Source: Tubiluchus corallicola (Eukaryota; Animalia; Priapulida). Taken from it: a stretch of 64,000 bases of DNA. The DNA is taken from positions 214,566 through 278,565 of the forward strand of contig JAQGDQ010000313.1 of assembly GCA_030141605.1 (NCBI GenBank). The letters run 5' to 3'. The translations under genes and the position numbers were made by a program. The notes under the pieces were generated by a model, which worked only from the letters and a program-made list of their open reading frames with translations, made no database searches and was not told the origin of the DNA. Shown here one piece after another: positions 1 to 31,420 of this stretch (position 1 is the first letter of the stretch; each line of letters begins with the position of its first letter).

Positions 1-828
1 TCGCCAGAACCTCTTCCCTTCACTCATTTGCCCATTTTCATCAAACCATTTAATAGATGTGCGACCTTTGCCACATGCCTGCTCACTACTGCCACCTAGA
101 CAGTCATCCGTTACTTCATCTTGAACATCATAATCACGAATCAAATCACCATTACAAGAATTAGTGTTGAGTGGTGCAAATGAAGCATGTGCAACCTCAT
201 CAGCATGATCACCTACTTTTTCGGAATAGTTGCGAAAAGAAAAAAGGTCACAGTAAGCAGGCACACCTCTTTTTAAAACTTTCTCATTTCTGCCATCATC
301 ATGGCCACAATCAACTTGGTCAGTGTCATGATTAATCTTTCTCTCAATCTTAAGAGCATAAGCATCAGAAGTTTTTGCTGCATCATAAAATCCATCTACA
401 GTACCGTGAACAGAATGAAGATCGTCGCCAATACTTTCACTATCAAACCATGTAGTCACTGCACCTATGTTGTTATCTACTAAATGATTGAATGCAAACC
501 AAGATGCAACCTTCTCATCAGCATCCGCAGCTTCTCTACTATTGTAACTAAAAACTTCGACAATGGTATTACCATTGGCAACAAATCTTTCTGGTTCAAC
601 ATTTCCACAAAAATTTGTTCTTTGCGAATCCTGCATCAGTTGTGGAGCATCAGATAGGAAATCTGGTGGCTTTGACGGCTGACAAACTGGCCAGTTTGGC
701 CCACCTGTTTCATCAGTCAGTAATGGACCATTTTGGACATGCAATGGCACTTTAAGCGGCGCACTTGACACATCACATACCTTCCTAGGAACACTATACA
801 ATGCATCAGTATTGTCCTTATTTAGCAT
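1..828 (-). CDS. Open reading frame of >=276 codons running off the left edge; acidic, apparently disordered protein of unknown function
   Basis: Hand translation from ATG at 828 (MLNKDNTDALYSVPRKVCDV...KWFDENGQMSEGKRFWR) has no stop down to base 1, unlikely by chance in such AT-rich DNA. Candidate acceptor (ttgcag) at 841-842 with an in-frame TGA 12 nt before the ATG. Absent from the ORF track because it has no stop in the window. Confidence 0.65.
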   Translation of the reverse strand, partial: MLNKDNTDALYSVPRKVCDVSSAPLKVPLHVQNGPLLTDETGGPNWPVCQPSKPPDFLSDAPQLMQDSQRTNFCGNVEPERFVANGNTIVEVFSYNSREAADADEKVASWFAFNHLVDNNIGAVTTWFDSESIGDDLHSVHGTVDGFYDAAKTSDAYALKIERKINHDTDQVDCGHDDGRNEKVLKRGVPAYCDLFSFRNYSEKVGDHADEVAHASFAPLNTNSCNGDLIRDYDVQDEVTDDCLGGSSEQACGKGRTSIKWFDENGQMSEGKRFWR

Positions 829-3591
829 TGTATATAATCACTGCAAGCATATCACAATTCTTGCTTATTTAATCACCAAAGCTAAGGCAAAAGTAAAGCA
901 ACCAAGTAATATCAGACGAATGTGTTTCTCCTCTTGTTTAAATCTAGACATGAGAACACCTTTCGTTCCCATGACACTATGATAAAAAGCAGTCAACCTG
1001 AAGCAGTTTGCACAAGGTTAGTCGTGCAAACATAGTAAAATTTCAATGTTATGTCAACACCAAAACCGTTCTGTGCTTAATATTATCCCATACTCATTAA
1101 GATAATGTCAAGCAGGTATTAGAAAAGACACACAAGATTTGACCTTTACGTAGGTGCTAAAAATCTGTTTGAGCTCTTTACTGACAGGAATCTACAAAAC
1201 CAAGTTGAAGGAAAAGGCTTACGTTAGGCCACAGTTTTTTGCATCAACAACTTCATAGTACTTTCGATTTTGCAGCAAAACTAATTCCCATCCAAGTGCG
1301 CAAAGAATTCCATCCAGAACATGACACTGTTTCTGCAATACTACACTTATACCAATTTCATAATCGTTTTAAAGAAATCATTAAGTTAATTCGGCTGCTA
1401 TTCAGAAACGCACATTTCAATGTAACAGTAAGCCACTAGCAGTAGACTTAAGCACTCAACTCACTAATGCACTTCAGATTGAATAAACTGATTTTAACTA
1501 GATTTCGAAAATTGCTGTTTCGAAAGGTAAAACTCGGCTTTATTTAGATCATGGCGAAGGTCCATCTAGGCTAGGCTAACAGCCTCAGGCACTAAGCTAA
1601 ACTATCTGACACAATTTCCATACATTAGGTTAACATCCCAGTTTAAATGAAAGCAGATTAGATGAATTTTTTGGTAAAAAGGAGTATTCCAAATTAAATT
1701 AATGTTGCACAACCACCACAATCTCAAATGGACAACTTCAAGGACATGTGATGAACAAATGTAGCAAGAGTATGATACTGTCTCTTTGCTTCTCTACTTC
1801 ATATCGATTTTCAAATCAACTGACAATTTGAAAAACAATCCGATGAAAATTCACACCAAGAAACTCCACCCTTTTGCTTGTCAAATATAAAGAAGTTTCA
1901 TGCAACACATTGCTGCTTCACTTAACACCATTTGAAGTTGAGATGATGCAGGACCATTCAACTTTATACAACATCATGCAGGAATTAACAGCACACAATT
2001 CCTGCTGGGAATTTTTTTCATCCTAAAAACATTAGCATCTAATAGAATCTCATTAACAGTAAGACCAATCACCAAGCAACCACAGTCTACACACTAACAA
2101 TGCATCAGTTCATCTGCTAAGTGAAATTATGTATCTCAGTGTTTGCCAGCTCTCAACGCCTCATATTTCGAGGTCAACTCAGCCTACAGGTAAACACGTC
2201 AGAAAACTTTTACCTAAACCATTTATTAAAGGTGTGACGGTGATCTTGGAGTGGCCCAAGTGATGACAAGTGAACCAAGAGACATAAATATTAAGCATTC
2301 TCCTAGGGTGGCAAGAGTTAACAGCTTTCAAATTGGTGATGAGCATGCAATTGCTGTAACATATGCAGAATAGGGAAAAGGGGCAGCACAATTTCCAAAA
2401 ATGTTTGTCTTTTCAACTTTCAAGTCATTTAAAGGTGCCAAAGTGTCTTTTCAGTACAAGCACTAGAAGTGCTACAGTTGCTATAATTAAACACCTTCAT
2501 ATTTTGCTAATGTTAACAACAATTACAATTTAACTAGCCCCAGCATAAACAATTCCAGAAGAAATTTGGAAACCACAAAAAACATACACGTAAATGCACA
2601 AGGTGTAAGAAGTTCAAATCTGCATACACTGACAAAATTTACCATATTTCATACCAACCCCCCCCCCCCCCCAATTTCTTTTTACAAGAATGCCAAACTC
2701 CCTTTTACCCGATTTGTCTAGGAAATCTAATGAAGCACCAGGCGCACACTGAACCATTTCCTTACACATTATCTCAGCATCCAGATAATGGGCAAAGAAG
2801 AACTGCTGTGGGTAAATAGGCCAATCAAACATAAAAACAAATCAGAGCAAACATCTCAGCAAGAAAAGTTAAACACTAGTTTTTTTAGCTTATTGACGTT
2901 ACTGAGCAATTTTCAAACTGCGAAACTGTGTGTTCATTTAGTTGTTTGTCAAGAATTCACACCACAATATAGCAAATCATATCGTGTTTCATTTATTATC
3001 CCCTCAGTTCCTTGTATCATCAAACTTTTATTCATTACATGGGTTTAGTGGTTCATCTTTGGAAAGTTGTTGGCACAGCAACATTTTTAAATTTATTCAT
3101 TCTAAAATTAAATTATTCTGGAATAAATACTGAAATTAAAAACGTTACCGTTTACTCAGTTTAAATATTGATAAACTCTAAGAAAACAAGTGCTTGCCTA
3201 CCGAATGTGCTTTTAACATATATCAACAGTTTTCTAGTTTACTTTCTTCAAAATACAATACCATGGAATTTAAAGCAGGCCTGTAATTTTAATGACTTCC
3301 TTGAATGCATAAGCTAGATTTTCATTTCCAAGCTATGGCCTTCGATATGAAAAGATTGGTAAATGAGTAGCTTGCACATTATTTGCATGATGAGGCGATG
3401 AACAATTTGCACTGCCTTTCCTATAACTGTGTGAAAATGAAAATTAACCCACACATTACATAAGAGCTTATGCATGTACTAAAAATTATCATCTACGCGT
3501 GATATTTTTAAATACCCTTATATAAACTACTGAAAATTAAAAACTAAAGCTTTGAGAAACTAACTGGCACAATGGACCATATCATAAATAA

Positions 3592-3825
3592 ATTTTACAG
3601 AGTTGCTTGAGTTAACTAAAGCAAAATTAGTGACTATTAACTGTGTCTATTTGGGGACAGTTAATAATGAAACGTGATGAATACTCAAAACTCATAAGAA
3701 AGCCCCTATTTTACAGAGTTGCTTGAGTTAACTAAAGCAAAATTAGTGACTATTAACTGTGTCTATTTGGGGACAGTTAATAATGAAAAGTGATGAATAC
3801 ACAAAACTCATAAGAAAGCCCCTAT
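3592..3825. repeat. Near-perfect tandem duplication, 2 x 116 bp
   Basis: Copies start at 3592 and 3708 (attttacagagttgcttgag...aagccccta) and differ at 2 positions; each has a 10-bp inverted repeat TATTAACTGT/ACAGTTAATA. Confidence 0.95.
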
Positions 3826-5286
3826 AGTGATTCAACATAAGCCAATTTAGCGATTTGTTTTCTCAGAGTTGATTTATTCTACTTTCAGTTAGAACACTAT
3901 CATAGCTCATCGTATTTGCCAATTATTGCGGTGATAAATATACGTAGTAAACACGTGCTTGCGCAACAATAGCATAAACGAGCACCAGTGACTCAACAGC
4001 TAATACTTTATAAATAATGTAACAACTTATCACAAATATCAATTTTTCATCTGCACAAAATTTGCAGTAACGGTCTTGTGACAAATTACTAATTATGATA
4101 CTAGAGCTTGCTAAGTAGGTCAGTGTGGAAAATAAATGTTTAAAATAATACAGTTATAGAATCTCTGGTCAGTCTTTGGTTATTAATACACTGTACCATT
4201 GTCAACTGTTAGGGACCCCGGGCATAAACAGTGTTACATGATCTCCACAAAAATTATGAACACGCAATTTTACAAAGCCATAGACTTGAACAAGCACTCC
4301 AGTCAGGGATTACTCTTGCTACCACCAAATGAGCTCACCAATTTGATGTCTAGACGTGCAGTGTGATATTCCCACAGGCAGTACAACGTTTATTGCATGA
4401 CCAATTTCTTGGTTAGCATAAGCTCTCAAAACCAGTAAACCTGGTGAATAATATTGTGATGTGCCAAATGAGTGAAATGATGAAATGTACTGATTGATTA
4501 TAACTACTGATTAACAGTATTACAAAATGCACAGGATTTAATACATGGGTTTTTTGCACATGGGTAATTACATAGCAATATATGGGTAATTACATGTATT
4601 GTAATTACCTCAAACAATGACTTAAAGACTCAATAATAAAAGTTATACGCAAATCATTCAAAAGTAGTCTACATAATTTAGCCAAAATGTTGAATTAACA
4701 AAAATCAGATTTCCATCAATCTTGAAAATGTGAAGATCTGCTGTCACTTTTATAGTCATTTGCAAAAGTAAGACCACTTTCCAAGTATTGTTTTCTACAA
4801 GCTATGTTCCTAATTGAAATTTCTGACAGACCGTCTTTATTTATTCGCAGATTGTGAACTATACATCTGTATTAGGTTTCCGTGAACTGTTCAAATATAA
4901 AAAAATTCAGTTTTTTGTATAGTCTCTTTTTCTTTTGATGATATGTCTTGGCATGCTGTTGCTCAAATTGCAACAGTGACTTGTGGAGATTTCCTTGATG
5001 GCTGTTTTTCTGCAACCTTATCCATTATAATTTTCCAAAAATTATTTATGTTTCTTTATACATTTGCCAAGAAAATGCATTTTCATGAGAAACAACTAAG
5101 CGAGACAGACTTTAGGGCATGGAAATAACAGGTGAAGAGTTCAACATTACAGCAAGATAAGAGGCTCTAAGGGGGTTCCAAATTCAGACAAACAAAGCTG
5201 GCAATTCCTGTATTGGTCAAACTTACCATATATCAATAGCATTTTATTTTGTAAAAAAAACACAGTAACTAAGATTGAAAACTTAC

Positions 5287-23634
<18,348 letters not shown>

Positions 23635-26473
23635 TTTTATTTTCACACTGTTTGTGTACTTACATCGACTTAAATGGTTTAAGACGTGTTGATACTTTGA
23701 AGTCACATTTTGTTACATGAAAGTCTCGAAACCAATCAGTTTCATTGTGATAACAGAAATTGCGTATCCAAGTTCAACACCTTTCGGTTAGCGGAAATCG
23801 GTTGCTACGGTGTGTCACTTGCTTAGTTGCTTACACCTAAAATATAAAAAAATATAACAGAAATCTTATGATGACGTCAATGTTTATAAATTTTGGAATT
23901 TGTAGCCAACCTGATTCAATAAAATACTAATTCTAGATATTTTAATATTTCTTTTTCACCATTAGAGTAAATACAAAATTAAATTTTGCACCACATAATT
24001 GATCATTTTTAAGCCAAAAACTGCAGCAATGATTACAATTTTGTTAACCGGGCTCTGTCTTAATTTACAACGCGGTATAGTTAATTTCTTTAGTTTGTCA
24101 AAAGCAGAGCACGCCTTGCTCACGTGACAAAGTGAAGTAAGAAGAGACCCATACACAACAAACCGCTCCCAAAAACATCAAATTCCTCCCGCACATAATA
24201 ATATCCGCCCTCTCTCACTCACGCTAAAGGTTGAGACTATTAATCAAGAACTCTTGGCTCAGTGACAAGTAGGCCCTGCTACTTTCTTCTGTTAGCAGTA
24301 AGCTGGTTTTCTGGCACTTCCTAGTCACGAAGGAATGTGCCATGTAGTGAGCATTTATTTTCAACAATGGCATCACAATCTACCTTCAGGGGCAATCCCT
24401 CGGCCATCATACCTACCTTCTAATGTTTGAAGCAGCACCTGCACAATATGGTGCAATAGAAAATTTACGCAAACGAATAAAGCGTATGTATAAGTGAATA
24501 AAATCTGTCTTTTAAATGTACGTCTGAAAAGAAATTAGAATAAATATTAAGGGATTATTACTGCTACAAAATTGTTCTCAATTAATATTAGGCGTAGGCC
24601 TATTCTTAAACACACATGATGAGTTCTTTCATACAAGTAATCTAAAAGTAATTCATAAATATGACTTCACAATCTCATGGCCTTTAAAACACTGAAACAG
24701 ACTCAAAATTTACTATAAATCACTTTGCTCATTTCAAATAGTTATATGAATGAGGTCCCATTTAAAGACAATTAGACCAAGCCAAAAATATGCTCGAAGG
24801 TCATTTAATTTATTAAAATCAAATAACAAAATATTGAAAAGGTATTTAAAACCCACAACGAAACAATTAAATTATTTATGACAATAATGCGGACGGTAAA
24901 ACATGAATCACTTAAGAAGGTCATCCAAGAAGAAACAAAAACAATCAAAGAGCAAGACATGTAGCAATTTATCTACACAAGTAATAATTCACATTCACAA
25001 GGATTTAACCTAGAGATTATCAGCCATGGTCTAATAATCAATAATAAAATTTATTGTCATTATTGTGATAGTTTTCTATGCAGCAGTTCACATGCCTTGT
25101 TGGCATCTTCATGGACAAAACATGTAAAGTTAAGTTATTCATGTTGAAATCGTACAAACATTACAATAAAAAAATAACTAAAATAGCAAATAAATTACAA
25201 TGGTCGCCAAGACCGCTGCCCCTGTAAAATGGTCGTATTAGTTCGAAGAGAATAACTAAGTGGTCATTATTTGCTTAGAGAACGAAGTTAAGCAAAGCTG
25301 CATAGTTAGTGAAATGATAGGTGAAAATCAAGAAAATTGGTTTTAGGTCTTTTTTACAATGTTCTGACTGGTTTCCCGTTGAGGAAAGATGTATAGCAAT
25401 TAGAACGTCATACGACATTATTCTTGATAGTGATTAATCAAATGCAAGAAAAATAATAGCGGTCACCGTCAAAACAATTCTGTCACATTAGCGTGTCAAG
25501 AAAAAAATTTTACAATGTCAATTAAACAAGTCAGTTTACTACAAACGTCGGCTAACTCTGTTTAAAACAATTTGACACTTAAGTCAACCGATTTTGTATA
25601 TTTAAAATATAACTAAATTTGCACATCATGCTATTACAAAAGAAGTCAAGCTGACAACAGTTTTACCTTCTATCAAATAAACTGACAAAAAGAATTTTGG
25701 AAAACAACACTCGGAAGGATAAGCTGAAATTAAAATGCATGAAAAAATTCAGAAGCTGAGAACGAAATCCCACGATTATTTTAAAACTCTAACTGACGTG
25801 TTTAGGTCAAAAAAGTGTAAATCTGTTTACTGTTAAAGCTCAACTTCTAGCAAGCTACTACTAGTAGGTAGTAACATACTAACCTAGTGTCCTCTCTTTC
25901 ACGTTTCACAAAAAAGCCTATAATTTTACATCGCATTAACCAAAAAGCTGAAAATAAAAGTAAAAGGCTCTCACCTTTACCATAAGCTGTAATTTCGTCG
26001 AAACTCATTATGTATAGAAAAGTGGGCTGTCAACCACTGAGGTTTTCAGAAATAATGATTTGAGAAACGTGCACACTATATGAACTGGTAGGAGGCAAAA
26101 CGCTCAAAACTAACACACCTAAATCAATTCAAGGTATTATGGCTATGGCGATCTAAAGAAAGATGGAAAAGTTTTCAAGACAGGCAAACAGGTTACCAAT
26201 TCTGATCGCCTGAAACGAGATTGATGAATCAGTAATGTAAGGGGATGATATGCCCAAACGGGGCAGTGATATGTCCATGCAGATGGCCGTATTAGTATAC
26301 GTCAAATGTCTCTTGTGTCTGTCTATAAATCAAAATGAAAAATGACTTTGGTGGAAAAAATTAATTATCGGCTCAATTCATGCAAAACGGTTCGAACTAT
26401 GCCTCAATACTAAAATAATGGAATTTTATACACCAGTCCAACTTGCTGAAGATATTTCACGAAGCTTGCACAA

Positions 26474-27648
26474 CGTTTACACCTTTATTCAGTACTTTTT
26501 TACTCATTTGATCGGCAGTGAGTCAATCAGTCAGTAACCAATGAATCAATTAAAGTCAAACAGTCACTCAGTCGTCAGTATTTCATACATTAAAATTTAA
26601 AACCTGGACTACATATAAAATAATCATAAAGCAATAATAAAGTTATTATAACCTCCAACTGCACATTCGGCTACTCTAATCTATTGACGATCTTGCTGCG
26701 TAACTTTGGGGAACTGGTCAATTCGTATAGAAAACTATCGCATTTCCACACGTCGGGCATTCCCAAAAAAATTAGAAACAAGCTTACTAAAAAAATACAA
26801 TTTTAAAAGTGATTCCGAAAGAATGGTTTGACCAATTTACCAGATTTGATGTAACCAGATCGCAACCAGATTACAACGTGTGTTAGGCAGAGAAACTCAA
26901 GATGCCCAACGATTTCCCGGGGTTTTCGCCCTCCCAACCAAACTCCGTTCAAACAGATACACCTCAACTCCAACCAAATGTATGGAAGCACTCTATAAAA
27001 TCAATAATGATTAAACATTATTGATTCTGTGGTTTTGTTTTCATGAAGCGTCCATTCTATTCTCAATGATGATCTACTCAATTAACGGCTAGCCAGTGAC
27101 TGAAACCCGGTAATGAAACAAGGCAGTTATTCAAAGCAGACAGACTAATACTTCCGCGAATTGTGGCGAGAAAGCTGAAAGACAATACCTTCATGAATGT
27201 CTACGTGTAATACAGCAGTCAATCAGCAAATATCAACAACTGTCTGTCATGCACGATTGTTTTGTTCCGGTAGATACTAGATAGTAATCAGCAGAAGTTG
27301 TGTCAGGCACTGATCTGACTGTAATAGTCTACTGAAAGAATAAGCGATCACGGGCCCAGTGCCTAAGTAATTAAGTGCAAGTTTTTAAATTTGTCAAGAC
27401 ATCATGACTGGAACACCGCTGAAATGAGAAACTCAATGAACTAACTCTAAGCGTGCCGTTCACATGCACAGCGTTTACTCTTTTGTTCAGTACTTTTTAC
27501 TCACTTAGATAGGCAGTAAGTCAATCAGTCGGTAACTAATAAATCAATTAAAGTCAGTCAATCAAACAGTCACTCAGTCATCACTATTTCACACATTAAT
27601 ATTTAAAATCTGATCTACGTATACAGTAACAATAAAATTATTTTAACC
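26474..27648. repeat. Pair of diverged ~175-bp direct repeats about 1 kb apart
   Basis: 26474-26653 and 27472-27648 align by eye (cgtttac...ttcagtacttttt...gtcaatcagtc...caattaaagtca...cagtcactcagtc...tttaaaa...aacc). Confidence 0.85.
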
Positions 27649-30600
27649 ACTATAATGACATGTCCACATACCTTTTTAAAAATACTATTTGTATCTGCAG
27701 GAGCCAGTAAGCCTGCGTCAGAATCTAGTATTCAATGAAACAAAAAAAGCAGCGTCTATCACAGCACCGACAATATATGCATATGAATTACAGGCAATCT
27801 TAGACAGACCTAAAGTGTCGGTAGGCCTCAAGATCAAGCTGAGGATCAAGCGGTCACACTAACACTGATCGAGATGAAGTCCACAAATTTTGAAATCTAC
27901 GTATTCTATGAAGATTAAATCGTCTTCGCACCTGTCACGAGACTCATGACATAGCGCATTAAATAACAGCAGGAATCATCTGAACTATACTCATACATCT
28001 GAACTATACTATAGTACATGCATATTGTATTATGCTAAATTTAGTGTAACGATAAATTATTTATTGAGGGGAATTTGATAATGAAGAATGACGTCAGTAG
28101 TACTGGCGAGAAAACTGAATGTGTTTTACTGTTCTGGAAGCCTCAGTGGAAGCTTTAGAATTTAGATAAATTTAATATATAACTGAAACGTTCTACTGCC
28201 TGCAGCGCAAAATATGTTCAATTATAAATTTAAAGTAATTTTGTTACCATTTCTGAGAAACTTTGACAATTTCTGTTAAACTGTAGCTATATAGGAAGTT
28301 CATACAAATGTTAGTTTTAGCATTCGTACCCCTAATTGAACTTTACCAACACCATCGGTCTGCACTAATTCATCTGCTAACCTTCTTCCACGCACTTAAC
28401 GCATGTGAAAACTATTACGCATTAGCAATTTGCTTAATTTACACATCTTATATAAACCAGAATACATGCTTTATAAATTGACATGCAAGGTGCCTCGGAC
28501 GATGTAGACCTGCTTGATAAATAGGAATGATTTTACATCTGTAAGATTACTTCTGAATTCTGACATCACATAAAGATGTATACCTAAATATTTAAAATGA
28601 TGGTAATACAACCAGCTACAATATGCAGTCATTCCTCGGTGTCTTACTTTTACTTTCAGTACAATTCCACTACCCAACTGGTTCCACAAGAAGTACAACG
28701 AACCCGATATCACAGCTCGCAATACAAGCAATGTCTGTACAACTAAACTGTTTAAGGAAGAACCAAACGGTTCAAACACGAACTGGAAAACAAACCGACA
28801 CTTTGTTGAGGAGCAACCACAAATGAAGTTTAAAGACAGCAAGATAATGACTTTGAGCAATTACTGGCTCTCAAGAAGTCTACTACTTATTTAACATGCA
28901 TTGTTTTTAACACCAGGCGGTTGCGTACACACCTTACTTGACTTCCGATCTGTAATAATAATTATTGCAGTGATCAATCGATATTGTCCAACCTGCTGTA
29001 CAATAACAGAGACGAAAACTGGTTTTCAAAAGTATTTTAATTATTTATGCCGTCAGCCCAAAAAGCCTTGAAAACAGCGAATGCGTTAAATGCTTACCAT
29101 ATTGACGGTGTTCAAGGCCTTCTAAACAATTACGAACGTTAGTTGCAATCAAACAACAGTTTTACATGATCGAGTGATTATAACATAAAAACAAAACATA
29201 CATGTTAATGACAAATTGAAATTTTAGTTTCATATTCTACTTATAACGCGTCTACATCTAGAATAGCTTTTACACAGCTGCACAACAAGCAAGTGTATTC
29301 AGACAACTCGAATAAAATGCAGTCAAAGCGGACGCCGAATTATAATATAACATAACGTAATTCTAAATTAAGTTGAGGTGAACAAAAGATAATTATGCGA
29401 TCCAATGACTCAGTCGGAACTCATAATTACTGACAAATTTCAAAACATATATGTGTTCGGTATTCCATCTGTTGACGTGCCTTAATTATTGTTATGTGAT
29501 ATATTGTTATAAAAAAAAAGATTTCTCGAGTAAATTATATGTTACCAACAGATAACTGTAACTAACTACTGCGTAAAATTTTTTTAGAAGCATGTTGTTC
29601 TTAACTTTGAGAAAATCGCGCAAGCATTTGGTTCACTACGTCGAACAGCTTCAACAAGATCATAAACATAACAATACATTATACGATAAGCAAAATATTA
29701 AGTTTTATTTATTTCACTGCACTTGCCATTACTTACGTTTTATTTTCTTCACACTAACAAAAAACTAGTTCTCTTGAGTATCCATCCATTTCGATATAAA
29801 TATTACACTATTAATCAAGCTGCTATCAGACACTCGCACGATTACTGAGTTGATAACATTAACTGATTAAAATAAAGCAGCTTTTTACGACGAACACCAC
29901 ACCTTGTGACACCAAAGAGAATAATGATGAGTTCAAGATTCACTGAAGAGTCAAGCAGCAAATGCCCAACACACCTGTAAGCAGATACAGTAGCAGCAGC
30001 GATGAGTATTTTTAATTTTCATCCACGCACCAGTGATCACAAAAGCTTTGCATTCCAGCGGCTGAGTGGCAAGACAGCCTGTTCTGCCGCTGGTGAACCC
30101 TCATTTGTACGCTAGAAGAGGTGATGAACCTCGCCTGTATCTGCACAAAATAGAGCGGATCCATAATTACCTCATTATGAAAAATGCACATGTCAGAGTA
30201 TCAGTTAGTTACCACAATGAAAAGTCGTTCAACAGTCATCTTGTCGACTTAATTTCAGTTAGTATTGTACTCTGGAAATTACTTCGGTGAAAATTAAAGT
30301 CCTATTATAGCACTATTAATTATAGTAATATTAATTTACACGATAATATTGATCTTGTTAATCGTTCATAATTTCATATGAATAGCCGCTGCTTTGTTTT
30401 GCTTGTTGTCAATATTGGGAAGGAGGTTTCCACAAATCATCTCCTTCGAAACACCGTACAGTGGAACTCTCAACAGACACAGAGTACTATAGTGCCTAAT
30501 CGATCAGTTATGACTTCTACAATCGTACTAGTAAGGAGCCTAATTAAAATATGATAGCAAGAATACGATGGTTTGTACGAAACACCAGGCATATCTGTTC

Positions 30601-31420
30601 AGCTGAGAACGGAGGTCGACCATTTTTCGCGTTGTGTAGCCCTAAATGACAAACAAGTGATCAGTCATTAAATATGTTAAAAGGACTAAAAAAGCCAGGC
30701 GTTTCTTGGTCTCATTTTTAAAAAAATAAACAGGTAAATGACCATTTAAATCGATAAGCTAAAGTATTTCAAGTATTTAGATATTTGAGGCTTTCGGCTC
30801 AATCTCAGCTAATTGCATAGATTTTCCCGTGGCTGCGTTGCTTTTCGTGTAATAGACCCTACTTGTTTTATTTGAGAACTGGAAATCGTAGGCAAATTTT
30901 TCAAATTCATGCAAAGGCAGACACGTAACTGGGATTTCAAATGATTCATGACAGTATGCGATGTCACACTAATCAAAGGCTGTACGACAAAAATCCTTGA
31001 AAATAATCTACTGTCAGTAGGTAATGGCGTCCTTATAACTTTAAAGTAATATAAATCTCGAACAACTACCTGCTTAAATCTCATAAAAATTAGAGGTGCC
31101 TTGTGTCGGTCACTTTTGTGACATTTCTGCGCAATTTCTGCTAACTAGCAGCTGGGCCACCAAGAAGATAGCCTTATTTATATTACAGTGTTCAACGTTT
31201 TGGCTACAACTGAGCAGTTTTGTAATATTCTTAAACGTAAAGCCCAAGAATAACGATACTATTTCCTTTGGTAAGTCAGTAATCCCTTTAAACTGTTATG
31301 TACTATATATAAGTTTTAATTCTAATGTGCTCCAAATACTTGGGGAAACTCATATATGTTGAGTTTTCTTGTAAACAACATTTGGTAATGCACGGCAGCT
31401 TCTATTTTCCCAGAACGACA

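Noticed and set aside
2658-2672. Poly-C/poly-G run as a G-quadruplex element
   Set aside because: Isolated homopolymer with no supporting context.
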